In this document: piece after piece, positions 50,576 to 59,646 of the stretch
How positions within the stretch are numbered: position 1 is the stretch's first letter
Layout of the letters: every line of letters begins with the position of its first letter
NCBI GenBank assembly: GCA_965197645.1
Contig: OZ240219.1
Location: 608,001-672,000 of the forward strand
Length of the DNA stretch: 64,000 nt
Source: Dehalococcoidia bacterium
GTDB taxonomy: Bacteria > Chloroflexota > Dehalococcoidia > Plut-88900
Direction of reading: 5' to 3'
The notes under the pieces: generated by a model
The model's database searches: none
Told to the model about the DNA's origin: nothing
Seen by the model: the letters and a program-made list of their open reading frames with translations, nothing else
Program-made: the position numbers and the translations under genes

Positions 50576-51368
50576 CTTTGTGTCTTGTCAGCCTCTTGGC
50601 CTCCTGCCACAGCCCCTCCTGCTCCGATTCGGAGAGCTGTTTCAGGTCCAGGCCCCGTTCTCTACACATCTTTTCCATCGTGGTGAACCGGCAGTAGAAG
50701 CGGTCATTGGCCCCGCGTAACGCCGATTCCATATCGATCTCCAGCTTGCGGCCCACGTTTACCAGCGTCGCCAGGATATCCCCCATCTCCTGCTCCTGCT
50801 CGTCCTTGGAGCCGGCTTGTTGAAGCTCCTCCACCTCTTCTCTCACCTTGTCCAGCACCCCGTCCATGTCCTTCCAATCGAACCCGGCGTTGGCGGCCCT
50901 GCGGTGTATCGATTGGCTGTGGGCCAGCGCGGGCATCTGCTTGGGGACACCGTCCAACACGGATCCGCCGCCCCTCTCTCGTTTCTTGTTGGCCTCCCAG
51001 TTGGACTCGACCTCTCGTGCGGTGGATGCGTCATCATCGCCGAAAACGTGGGGATGACGGCGCACCAGCTTGTCGGTCAGGCCGGTGACCACGTCGTCGA
51101 TGGTGAACTCGTCGGCCTCGGCGGCTATCTGCGAGTGGAGCATTACCTGCAAGAGGAGGTCGCCAAGCTCGTCTCTCAGCTTACCCGGCTCGCCTTCATC
51201 CAGCGCCTCCAGGGCCTCGTAGCACTCTTCGAGCAGGTAGTTCTTGATGGATTGGTGCGTCTGGTCCCGGTCCCAGGGGCACCCTTCGGGCGAGCGAAGG
51301 TGGGAGATGACCCCGGTCAGGGCATCGAAAGGGGACTGCTGGGCGTTAGTAGACAATGATAAGCTCAC
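50562..51368 (-). CDS. mazG: Nucleoside triphosphate pyrophosphohydrolase MazG
   Basis: GCPWDR.QT, EE.YE, ELGDLL, KL.RRHPHVF, GFDW. Confidence 0.95.
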   Translation of the reverse strand: MSLSLSTNAQQSPFDALTGVISHLRSPEGCPWDRDQTHQSIKNYLLEECYEALEALDEGEPGKLRDELGDLLLQVMLHSQIAAEADEFTIDDVVTGLTDKLVRRHPHVFGDDDASTAREVESNWEANKKRERGGGSVLDGVPKQMPALAHSQSIHRRAANAGFDWKDMDGVLDKVREEVEELQQAGSKDEQEQEMGDILATLVNVGRKLEIDMESALRGANDRFYCRFTTMEKMCRERGLDLKQLSESEQEGLWQEAKRLTRHKDDKR

Positions 51369-51399
51369 TCAGGGTGCAGGTGCTGGGGAACGTAGCCAG

Positions 51400-51428
51400 A
51401 TTATAGATAGCGGGCAATTGGGGGTCAA
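51400..51428 (-). promoter_or_regulatory. sigma70 promoter of mazG
   Basis: TTGACC-17-TATAAT. Confidence 0.7.
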
Positions 51429-51506
51429 CCCGAACGGTTTTGCTCTATTCTTTACAGGTCGAATAAGGCCTGCTCGATGTGATCCCCGGCCGGTACGGTT
51501 CGAGTT

Positions 51507-52250
51507 ATGATATCCGACATACAGCGAAACCGATTGCTCAGCTACGCCAACGTCGTGGCGACGGTACTGGTGGTGCCGGCCATCGCCATCCTGCTTACCA
51601 CCACCAGCCTCCGGTTCACCATCAACCTGCCTCGCCTCTACGAGTACGGTTTCGAGGAGTACGACATCAGCCGGCGCACGGGCATCAAGGATGAGGAGCT
51701 GATCAGGATCGGTGGTGAGATCCGAGACTACTTCAACTCCGACGAGGAGCTCATCGATATCAGAGCCATCATATACGGAGAAGAGCAACCCCTGTTCACC
51801 CAGCGGGAGATCATCCATATGAAGGATGTGAAGGGGCTGGTGCAGGGGACGTACACGGTGCAGTGGATAACTTTCGGGTTCGTCGTGGCGTACGGTATGA
51901 CGTGCCTGGCCGTCCTGAGACTATCTGCGTCAGCGATGCTGGCCAAGCGGCTCCTCTGGGGCGGGGGGTTCACCCTGACGGCCATAGCGGTCCTTGGACT
52001 GGCCTCCCTCATCGGTTTCGACGCCGTGTTCCTCAAGTTTCACCAGATAGGCTTCTCCAACGATTTCTGGCAGCTGGACCCCCGGATTCACAACCTGATA
52101 GCGATGTTTCCCCAGGGCTTCTTCCTGGACGCTACGCTGTTCATCGCGTTCTTGACCATGGCCAAGGCCGCGCTGCTCATGGCCATAGGCGGCGGATATC
52201 TGCTCTGGCGCCGGAGAACGCTGTCCAACGAAAGGACGGGAGTCGGGTAA
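51507..52250 (+). CDS. TIGR01906/DUF1461 membrane protein (Lit-like)
   Basis: E..HM.DVK.L and F..FH...F.ND.W..DP...LI..FP..FF; four TM segments. Confidence 0.8.
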   Translation: MISDIQRNRLLSYANVVATVLVVPAIAILLTTTSLRFTINLPRLYEYGFEEYDISRRTGIKDEELIRIGGEIRDYFNSDEELIDIRAIIYGEEQPLFTQREIIHMKDVKGLVQGTYTVQWITFGFVVAYGMTCLAVLRLSASAMLAKRLLWGGGFTLTAIAVLGLASLIGFDAVFLKFHQIGFSNDFWQLDPRIHNLIAMFPQGFFLDATLFIAFLTMAKAALLMAIGGGYLLWRRRTLSNERTGVG

Positions 52251-52260
52251 AACAGCCCGG

Positions 52261-52309
52261 TGTAACCCATGTCTTCGAACATGTGTAACCTATGTCCCCG
52301 GTCTGTACA
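52261..52309 (+). mobile_element. Orphan IS481-like terminal repeat remnant
   Basis: TGTAACCYATGTC repeated with a 23-bp period, ending ...CCCCGGTCTGTACA; no transposase nearby. Confidence 0.6.
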
Positions 52310-52615
52310 GCAATGACGAAGCCGTCGTTGCGAGCGACGGAGGAGGTAGTCCTGAGGGGGGTCGAAGGGAGCGAAGCAATCTGGAGCGGTGGAGTATACA
52401 TCCCTGCCAGTCAACGGTCAGACCTGGCTAGATTGCCACGCCCCGACTTTGTCGGGTCTCGCAATGACGGAGGTGCGGATTCAGACGTTGCCCTCTCTTC
52501 TATCATGTTATGGGTGCAGGGCCCGCCCTGCCTTTAGCAGGGGGTTGGGAGACGTGCCCCCAAAGTATTCGAACCTCCCAGGGCGGGTGGGAGGGAAGAA
52601 CCACCTGGGGTGGGG
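52310..52615. repeat. Mosaic of repeats: truncated A, inverted A-like arm with nested CCTGAG..GTCGAAGG module, A (52412-52468), B tail (52537-52615)
   Basis: Matches the copies at 14046-14265 and 25446-25735. Confidence 0.85.
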
Positions 52616-52641
52616 AGCTTGACGTCCCAATTGCTCCCGAC

Positions 52642-52673
52642 AAAAGAAGGCGGCCCGACAAGTCGGGCCGCCT
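52642..52673 (-). terminator. Intrinsic terminator after the zinc-ribbon gene
   Basis: AGGCGGCCCGAC-tt-GTCGGGCCGCCT followed by TCTTTT on the minus strand. Confidence 0.8.
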
Positions 52674-52699
52674 CTTAACGTTTGCTTGTTAGCTAGACC

Positions 52700-52930
52700 T
52701 CAGCGACACCCACATCCAGTGGGACCACAACCCCCTCAGGTGGGGCCCGACGAGGGAGCGGGCATCGGGTCTCCGGCCCCAACCGTCGAGAAGGAGGCGA
52801 AGGTGGATACGGTCCTCGAAGCGCCGTTGTGGCACGATGGGCAGGAGACCGCTTGGTCAGACTTGCTCATCGGCATCAACAGCTCGAACTCGGACTCACA
52901 CGTGGTGCACTTGTACTCGTAAAGGGGCAT
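52700..52930 (-). CDS. FmdB-family zinc-ribbon protein, probable selenoprotein (76 aa if UGA 52736-52738 is read as Sec)
   Basis: MPLYEYKC..C...FE...CP.C; in-frame TGA followed by GGCGPTGCGCR*; GGAGG RBS. Confidence 0.8.
52703..52728 (-). promoter_or_regulatory. Candidate bacterial SECIS hairpin
   Basis: CCCAC-UGGAU-GUGGG stem starting 12 nt after the UGA, extendable by GUGGU/GUCGC. Confidence 0.6.
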
Positions 52931-52956
52931 GGTTTTCCTCCTGCGTAGTCGGTGAC

Positions 52957-52986
52957 ATCCTAGTGGTGTTTCCCGCCCGATGTCAA
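52957..52986 (-). promoter_or_regulatory. sigma70 promoter of the zinc-ribbon gene
   Basis: TTGACA-18-TAGGAT. Confidence 0.6.
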
Positions 52987-53085
52987 GGCTTGGCCTGGAT
53001 ATGCAGTGTATTGTTGTCTTGCTCAGCCGGTTACCGGTGGGGTATCTTAGGAAACAGCCGCTACCCAATCAGGAGGAGTCCCGTC

Positions 53086-53538
53086 ATGCAGAAAAGCAAG
53101 ACCGAACCCTGGATGCCCGCCGACGAGTACGGTCGCTCGCTGCCGGTCTTTACCATCAATCTCCTGGTCACCGACGTCGCCCGGGAGGTGGAGTTCTACG
53201 AGGCGGTGCTGATGGCCAAGTGCCGCTATCAGGACGTCGACTTTGCGGCTGTGAACGTGCAAGGCATCGAGTTCATGCTCCACGCAGACCACACCTACGA
53301 CGTGCACCCCTGGCTGGAACCCTTCAAGGCCGGCGATCTCCGGGGCCTGGGCGCCGAGCTACGCATCCTGGGTATAGACCCCGACGAGGTGGAGAAGGCG
53401 GCGCGAGGGTTTGGTGCGGACATTATTCAGGAGGCCAGCGACAAGCCCCACGGCTGGCGGGAGGTCATGGTCGCCGACCCCGAGGGCTACGTCTGGGCGG
53501 TAGGGGTAAAGTTCTACGGGAACGGCGAGTCCGAGTAG
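53086..53538 (+). CDS. VOC/glyoxalase family protein
   Basis: L.V.DV....FY..VL, DKPHG.RE....DP.GY.W. Confidence 0.85.
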   Translation: MQKSKTEPWMPADEYGRSLPVFTINLLVTDVAREVEFYEAVLMAKCRYQDVDFAAVNVQGIEFMLHADHTYDVHPWLEPFKAGDLRGLGAELRILGIDPDEVEKAARGFGADIIQEASDKPHGWREVMVADPEGYVWAVGVKFYGNGESE

Positions 53539-53589
53539 CCCCGGCTCCCGCAGCAGGCTGATGGAATAACCCTGTCAGGGGTAAAAGAG

Positions 53590-54795
53590 CTAGCAGATAG
53601 CCGTATCGGGGCCTATGGCCTCCAGCCCGTCTTTGACGGACCTGAGAAACGCCGTCGCGTTGCTGCCGTCCAGGATTCGGTGGTCGAAGGAGAGGCACAC
53701 GTTCATCATCGAGCGTATCGCTATGGCGTCGTTCACCACCACGGGCCGCTTGACCACCGCCTCGGAGGTTATTATCCCGCACTGAGGCGGATTGATTATC
53801 GGGCCGCTGAGCACGGAGCCCAGCGCACCCGTGTTGTTCACGGTAAACGTCCCACCCTGAACGTCCTGCACGGCCAGCTTGTTTCCCCTGGCCTTCTCCG
53901 CCAGCTCCTGGACCTCTCTAGCGAGGGCAGCCACCGGCTTCCGGTCGGCTTCCTTGATCACCGGCACGATCAGCCCCTCTTCTCGCGCTACGGCAACACC
54001 GATGTTCAGCTCCTTTTTCAGGGCGATCTTGCCCTCTGTCCAGGTGGAATTGACCAGGGGATGCTCTTTCAGGGCGTTCACCACAGACTGGATGAAGAAG
54101 GGCAGGTACGTAAGGTTGACGCCCTGCTGTCGGTGAAACTCCTCCTTGGCGCCTTTCACCAGCGCCACCAGCCCCGTAACGTCGGCCTCCATCATCGTCC
54201 AGGCGTGGGGTATCTCCCGAACGCTCTGCTCCATCCGCTGCGCAATGGCCCGCCGTACCGGGCTATCGATGATTTCATCACCCTCGGGCGCCTCCGACTG
54301 AGCATGGACAGCGGCTTCCCGTTGCTCGACGTGCTGAAGGACGTCGGCCTTGGTGATTCTACCTGCGGCGCCCGTGCCCTGGACGGCATCCAGATCGACG
54401 TTGTGGTCACTGGCAAGCTTCAACACCAGTGGGGAGTATCGCTTGTCCCGCCGGCCCGATGCTCCGTCCCTGCGGCTAACGGGCGCCGGTTCCGCCCGTG
54501 TGGGGACGGTTTCGGCCTCCGCCGGCCTTGCTTCCTCTACCTCGACAGGGAGACCACCTTCGGACTCCATCAGAGCCAGAGGTGTACCGACGGGCACGGT
54601 CTCTCCCTCGGCGACGAGGATTTCGGTGAGAACGCCGGTGGCCGGAGAGGGCAGCTCCACGTTCACCTTGTCGGTGACTACCTCCACCAGCGACTCGTAC
54701 AGCTCAACGCTATCGCCGGGCCTTTTCAACCACCGGGAGATGGTGCCCTCGACGACGGTCTCGGCAACCTCGGGCATGGTCAGGGTAACGGTCAT
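53590..54795 (-). CDS. 2-oxoacid dehydrogenase E2 (dihydrolipoamide acyltransferase)
   Basis: Lipoyl TDKV, GTG..GRITK.D, FDHRILDG. Confidence 0.95.
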   Translation of the reverse strand: MTVTLTMPEVAETVVEGTISRWLKRPGDSVELYESLVEVVTDKVNVELPSPATGVLTEILVAEGETVPVGTPLALMESEGGLPVEVEEARPAEAETVPTRAEPAPVSRRDGASGRRDKRYSPLVLKLASDHNVDLDAVQGTGAAGRITKADVLQHVEQREAAVHAQSEAPEGDEIIDSPVRRAIAQRMEQSVREIPHAWTMMEADVTGLVALVKGAKEEFHRQQGVNLTYLPFFIQSVVNALKEHPLVNSTWTEGKIALKKELNIGVAVAREEGLIVPVIKEADRKPVAALAREVQELAEKARGNKLAVQDVQGGTFTVNNTGALGSVLSGPIINPPQCGIITSEAVVKRPVVVNDAIAIRSMMNVCLSFDHRILDGSNATAFLRSVKDGLEAIGPDTAIC

Positions 54796-54804
54796 ATCGA
54801 TTCC

Positions 54805-55788
54805 CTAGTAGCTGGCCAGCTCCCGAAGAGCGTTGGCGATCTTCTCGGGGCTTGGCAGGCAGTGGAACTCCATGTTGGGGTGGAAGGGCATCGAGGGCAC
54901 GTCGGGAGCGGCCACCCTCATCACCGGCCCGTCGAGGTACTCGAAGGCCTCGGAGGCCAGGATGGCGGCAAGCTCGGCCCCGTAGCCGAGGGTCAGATTG
55001 TCCTCGTACACCACCAGGGCCTTGTTGGTCTTGCGCACCGATTCCAACACGGCCTCCTTGTCGAGGGGAAGCAGCGTCCGCAGATCCACCACCTCGACGC
55101 TGATCGATTCCTCCTCGACCGTAGCGGCGGCTTCCATAACGTGATGGACCATCAGACCATAGGTCAGGACGGTGATATCGGAGCCTTCCCGCACCGTGTT
55201 GGCGGTACCCAGGGGTACGTCATAGTCCTCCTCTGGCACCTCACCCTTGATCGAACGGTAGGTTTTCTTGTGCTCCAGGAAGATCACCGGGTCATGGTCT
55301 CGAATGCTGGACTTGATAAGGCCCTTGGCGTCGTATGGACTGGAGGGGGCCACCACCTTCAGACCTGGAATATGAGCAAACTGTACCTCCACGCTCTGGG
55401 AGTGGTACAGACCTCCATGTATGCCGGCGCCGTACGGGGCCCTGACCACCAGGGGGCAACCGTAAGCCCCGGCGGAGCGATAGCGCATCTTGGCCGCTTC
55501 GTTGACGATCTGGTCGTAGGCGGGGAATATGTAATCGGCAAATTGTACCTCAGCGATGGGACGCAACCCGTTTACCGCCATTCCTATGGCGATACCCACA
55601 ATGCCGATTTCGGCCAGTGGGGTATCGATGACTCGTTCGTCACCAAACCGGCTGTGAAGGCCTTCGGTGGTGCGAAACACTCCTCCCAGCCCTCCCACGT
55701 CCTCACCGAGGAGAACGACGCTGTCGTCCCGCTCCATCTCCTCGGCCATCCCCTCGCGAATCGCCTCCAGCACCGTCCTTTCAGGCAT
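54805..55788 (-). CDS. 2-oxoacid (probably branched-chain) dehydrogenase E1 beta
   Basis: GEDVG..GGVFR.T, DTPLAE, QFADYI, HGGLYHSQ. Confidence 0.95.
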   Translation of the reverse strand: MPERTVLEAIREGMAEEMERDDSVVLLGEDVGGLGGVFRTTEGLHSRFGDERVIDTPLAEIGIVGIAIGMAVNGLRPIAEVQFADYIFPAYDQIVNEAAKMRYRSAGAYGCPLVVRAPYGAGIHGGLYHSQSVEVQFAHIPGLKVVAPSSPYDAKGLIKSSIRDHDPVIFLEHKKTYRSIKGEVPEEDYDVPLGTANTVREGSDITVLTYGLMVHHVMEAAATVEEESISVEVVDLRTLLPLDKEAVLESVRKTNKALVVYEDNLTLGYGAELAAILASEAFEYLDGPVMRVAAPDVPSMPFHPNMEFHCLPSPEKIANALRELASY

Positions 55789-56815
55789 GTTCTTCTCCCT
55801 GATCGGCGTATACGCCCGTCAGAGCGTCCTCCGGCCTGGGGTCCTCGCTGGCCTCCGCTTCGACCACCGCCTCAGTGACCACCTGGTCCACCTCCGATTG
55901 AATGTCCGAGTCCTGGTTCTCGGAGATGATGGAAGCGTCCAGCAGGAAGTCCCGAAACCGGGGAATGGGATCGGCGGATCTCTCCCTATCCAGCTCCTCG
56001 GGCTGGCGGTACTGGGCCTGGTCATCGTTGCTGCTGTGAGAGGTCAGCCGGAAGACCTTCGCCTCTATCAGGGTAGGCCCCAGGCCGTCCCTTGCCCTCT
56101 TGGCCGCGTTCCGGGTAGCTTGGTAGACCGCGAGAGGGTCGTTCCCGTCGACACTCACGCCGGGGAGGCCGTATCCTTCGGCCCGGGCGGAGATGTCCTC
56201 TACGGCCATCTGCTTGGCCTGGGGGACCGAGATGGACCACCCGTTGTTCTCGCAGAGGAAGATGACGGGCAGGCTATGAATCCCGGCAAAGTTCAGCGCC
56301 TCGTGGAAGTCCCCCTTGCTGGTGGCGCCGTCGCCAAAGTAGGTGATAGTAACGGCCTCTTCCCTTCGGAACTTGGAGGCGTAAGCAGCTCCCACGGCGT
56401 GGAGGACCTGGGTGCCCACGGAGCTGGAGCCGGATATTATGTTCAGGTCCTTCCGGCTGGGGTGGCCCGGCAGCTGGCGTCCGCCGCTGTAGGGGTCGGC
56501 CCGCTTGCCTAGGCCGTGGAGGAACACGTCCAAGGGGGTAGAGCCCGCGGCCAAGGCCACTCCCAGGTCTCGGTAGTAGGGGACGAAGATATCCTCGCCT
56601 CGCCGCAGAGCATGTACGCTCCCGACTTGGGCAGCCTCATGACCATCGCAGGGAACGAGGAAGTATATCTTGCCCTGCCGGCCCAATAGCCACAGCCGTT
56701 TGGAGACAGCGCGGGCGGTGAGCATGTCCCGATACATATCCACCACCTGGGACCTGCTCAGCCCCAGCTCTTTGAGTGGGGCCGCTACACCCTCCGTGTC
56801 ACTCTTCAGGGTCAT
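55781..56815 (-). CDS. 2-oxoacid (probably branched-chain) dehydrogenase E1 alpha
   Basis: PYYRD, SGGRQ.P.H, GDGATS.GDFHE..N, RL..HSS.DD. Confidence 0.95.
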   Translation of the reverse strand: MTLKSDTEGVAAPLKELGLSRSQVVDMYRDMLTARAVSKRLWLLGRQGKIYFLVPCDGHEAAQVGSVHALRRGEDIFVPYYRDLGVALAAGSTPLDVFLHGLGKRADPYSGGRQLPGHPSRKDLNIISGSSSVGTQVLHAVGAAYASKFRREEAVTITYFGDGATSKGDFHEALNFAGIHSLPVIFLCENNGWSISVPQAKQMAVEDISARAEGYGLPGVSVDGNDPLAVYQATRNAAKRARDGLGPTLIEAKVFRLTSHSSNDDQAQYRQPEELDRERSADPIPRFRDFLLDASIISENQDSDIQSEVDQVVTEAVVEAEASEDPRPEDALTGVYADQGEEHA

Positions 56816-57011
56816 ACGTCGTTTCCCTCATCGCCGGAGACTCGAATTTCGATATGTGATGAAGTATTCACGGCTCACCCGAGTGTGTCCGTCAAGTCCA
56901 AGTTATCATCCGTCCCAGGGCCAGTCAACATTGAACAAACCGGCACAACCGGTCACATTGCAAGGCTAATCCAAATGATATATCCTCTGTCATGCTGTCA
57001 CGGAGGAAGCA

Positions 57012-58055
57012 ATGAAAGCCATAATGTTCGAAGAGCATGGAGGGGTCGAGAAGCTCCAGTACAAGGACGTAGACGACCCGAAAGTCGGGCCCAACGACGT
57101 CTTGTTCAAGGTCAAGGCCGCAGGCTGCAACTACAACGATATATGGGCCCGGAGGGGTCTGCCCGGTGTCGAGATCATCCTACCCCACATCTCGGGAAGC
57201 GATGCTTCAGGGGTGGTGGAGGAGGTGGGCAGCGAGGTCACCGGCTTCAAGGCCGGTGACGAAGTCTTGGTCCACCCGGGTATAAGCTGCCGCACATGCG
57301 AGTCCTGTACCAGCGGACAGGAGTTCTTCTGCCGCGGTTACCGGATTTGGGGATTCCAGACCGGTCCCCTGGACGGCGCCAACGCCGAGTACGCCCGCAT
57401 GCCGGAAGCCAACCTGATGCGCAAACCGGGCAACCTCAGCTACGAGGAGGCGGCGTCCCTTCCACTGATCCTCGTCACAGTGTGGCGGATGCTGGTCACC
57501 CGTGCCCGTATCCAGGCCGGGGATCTGGTATTGGTGTGGGGCGGAGCAGGGGGGTTGGGATCGATGGCGATACAGGTGTGCAACCTCTACGGCGCCAAGG
57601 CCATCGCCGTGGTGAGCTCTGATGAGAAGGCCAAGTACGCCGAGAGCCTGGGAGCGTTCAAGGCCGTCAACCGCAAGACCCAGGACCTTCGGGAGGAGAT
57701 CCGGAGCATCAGTCGCGTCGGAGTCGACATAGTCTTCGAGCACACGGGCGCCGAGACCTGGAAGCAGAGCGTCGCCAACCTGAAATGGGGCGGATCGCTG
57801 GTGACCTGCGGCGCCACGAGCGGGTTCATCGGAGAAACGGACATCCGGTTCCTGTGGAACAAGCAGATGAACTTCTACGGCTCCCACATGGGAAGCAAGG
57901 GGGAGCTCCTACAGGCCCTGAAGTTCGTGCAGAGCGGCCAGATCAAGCCCCTGGTCTCCAAGACCTTCGCTCTCAAAGACGCCGCCAAGGCCCAGGCCCA
58001 CATGGAGGGCGGCGACGTGATGGGCAAGATGATTCTACTTCCGGAGGCGGCGTAA
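57012..58055 (+). CDS. Zinc-binding dehydrogenase/reductase (MDR family)
   Basis: PHISGSD, C..C..C...C structural Zn site, GGAGGLG, CGATSG. Confidence 0.9.
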   Translation: MKAIMFEEHGGVEKLQYKDVDDPKVGPNDVLFKVKAAGCNYNDIWARRGLPGVEIILPHISGSDASGVVEEVGSEVTGFKAGDEVLVHPGISCRTCESCTSGQEFFCRGYRIWGFQTGPLDGANAEYARMPEANLMRKPGNLSYEEAASLPLILVTVWRMLVTRARIQAGDLVLVWGGAGGLGSMAIQVCNLYGAKAIAVVSSDEKAKYAESLGAFKAVNRKTQDLREEIRSISRVGVDIVFEHTGAETWKQSVANLKWGGSLVTCGATSGFIGETDIRFLWNKQMNFYGSHMGSKGELLQALKFVQSGQIKPLVSKTFALKDAAKAQAHMEGGDVMGKMILLPEAA

Positions 58056-58104
58056 CCGCCCCAGGGAACCGGAGGACGGAAATTGGCTGCCCGGAGGACC
58101 GAAA

Positions 58105-58986
58105 TTGGCTGCGTTGTTACGTAGCTCCCTGTTCGTGCCCGCCATCCGCGAGCGGTTCATCGAAAAGGCGCCCGAGTCCGGCGCCGATCTCTTGGTGCTG
58201 GACCTGGAAGACTCTGTGGCCGCGGCGGAGAAGCCCAAGGGCCGGGAGATGGCCCGGGAGGCCGTAGCCTCCATGCCGCGTACCGGCTACGTGATGTGCG
58301 TGCGGGTCAACTCCCTTCAATCGGGCCTCATAGAGGAAGACCTTTCCGCCGTCGTGTGCCCGGAGTTGGATGCCATAAGCCTGCCCAAAGCCGATAGGCC
58401 CGAAATCATAGAGACGGTGGACCGATACCTCACGCTTCTGGAGAAGACCAGGGGCGTTCCCGAAGGCCAGATAGGCATCATCCCCTGGATCGAGACTGCC
58501 CTCGGCATCGTCAACGCTCACCGGATCTGTGCCGCATCGACGAGGCTCATCGGCGCTGCGGTGGGAGGGGAAGACCTGACGGCGGACATGGGAATGGAAC
58601 GGACCAAGGGCGGCAAGGAGATCGAGTACGCCCGGTACACCGTAGCCACCGCCGCTACCGCTGCCGGCATACTTCCCCTCGACGGTGTGTTCGTGGACTT
58701 CCGAGACCCGGACAACTTTCGGAAAGACTGCTTGTTCTCCCGCAGCATCGGGTTCAAGGGCAGGTTCTGCATTCACCCCTCCCAGGTGGAGATGGTCAAC
58801 CAGATGTACCAGCCCTCGGAAGAGGAGATAGAGGAGGCCCGCAAGGTCGTGGCCGTCTACGAGGAGGGTATCGCTCAGGGCCTGGGGGCCGTCAGCCTGG
58901 ATGGCGCCATGGTGGACAAGCCTGTCTACGATCGTGCTCTGGTACTGCTGGAGCGGGTGGAGGCCCTCAAGGAAAGGACGGGATAG
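58105..58986 (+). CDS. CitE-family CoA-ester lyase (citryl-/malyl-CoA lyase-like)
   Basis: RS.LFVP, DLEDSV, VRVN, IETA.G, G.EDL, IHPSQ, G.MVD.P. Confidence 0.92.
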   Translation: MAALLRSSLFVPAIRERFIEKAPESGADLLVLDLEDSVAAAEKPKGREMAREAVASMPRTGYVMCVRVNSLQSGLIEEDLSAVVCPELDAISLPKADRPEIIETVDRYLTLLEKTRGVPEGQIGIIPWIETALGIVNAHRICAASTRLIGAAVGGEDLTADMGMERTKGGKEIEYARYTVATAATAAGILPLDGVFVDFRDPDNFRKDCLFSRSIGFKGRFCIHPSQVEMVNQMYQPSEEEIEEARKVVAVYEEGIAQGLGAVSLDGAMVDKPVYDRALVLLERVEALKERTG

Positions 58987-59041
58987 CCCGGCTTTGGTAG
59001 AATAGCTTTATAGATAGGCTTGGGTATCCTGGAGGACGTTC

Positions 59042-59638
59042 ATGGACGAGATTCCCAGCGCCCTGGATCGGGCTCTGGAACGGGTAGAAAAGCTGGGCAA
59101 GGCCTCATCCGAGGAGTTGCAGCGGGCCAACCGTGTCGAGGATGGCCAGCGGCTGGGCGCCAGGTATGTAAAGGGCGAAGTAAGCCTGCTTACCGAGCTC
59201 AACCTGATTGAGGACGAGCAGACCCGCAAATGGGTTGGCGAGGGTGCCCAGGAGGTGATGATCCGCAACATCGATCTACCCTCCAGCGATTCCGCAAAAA
59301 AGCAGAACAAGGCGTCCATGGAGGGCATCAAGCTGGTCAAGACGGACAAGGCGCGGACGGAGAACGTGTTCAGCAAGATGCGCCAGGTCTTCGACCACTA
59401 TAATGAGATGGGGGAACATCAGCGAAAGCAGGCCTACGAGGACCTGAAGGCCAACATCACGGCCAAGCTCCGCCAGGCGATGCAGCAGCAGAGCGGCGGG
59501 ATGCCCCCCTTGGATCTAGGCAACATCGAGACCAACCCCCAGTTTCAAATGGAGTGGCGTCGGGTCCAGGGCCAGCTGGACTCCCAGTACCTCGTCCTGC
59601 TCAAAGAGTACAAGGAGCAGCTGGCCGCGATCCCCTAG
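59042..59638 (+). CDS. Hypothetical helical protein
   Basis: GGAGG RBS, host-like codon usage, I.SA...ALER N-terminus. Confidence 0.8.
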   Translation: MDEIPSALDRALERVEKLGKASSEELQRANRVEDGQRLGARYVKGEVSLLTELNLIEDEQTRKWVGEGAQEVMIRNIDLPSSDSAKKQNKASMEGIKLVKTDKARTENVFSKMRQVFDHYNEMGEHQRKQAYEDLKANITAKLRQAMQQQSGGMPPLDLGNIETNPQFQMEWRRVQGQLDSQYLVLLKEYKEQLAAIP

Positions 59639-59646
59639 GTAACCCC

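Noticed and set aside
53680-55878. 732-aa plus-strand ORF and other long antisense ORFs (14389-15501, 38523-39707, 46996-48396)
   Set aside because: They mirror well-supported genes on the opposite strand, as expected from high GC3 codon bias.
56855-56872. CRP/Rex-like site TGTGA..TCAC between E1 alpha and the MDR gene
   Set aside because: The spacer is 8 nt rather than 6, so support is too weak.
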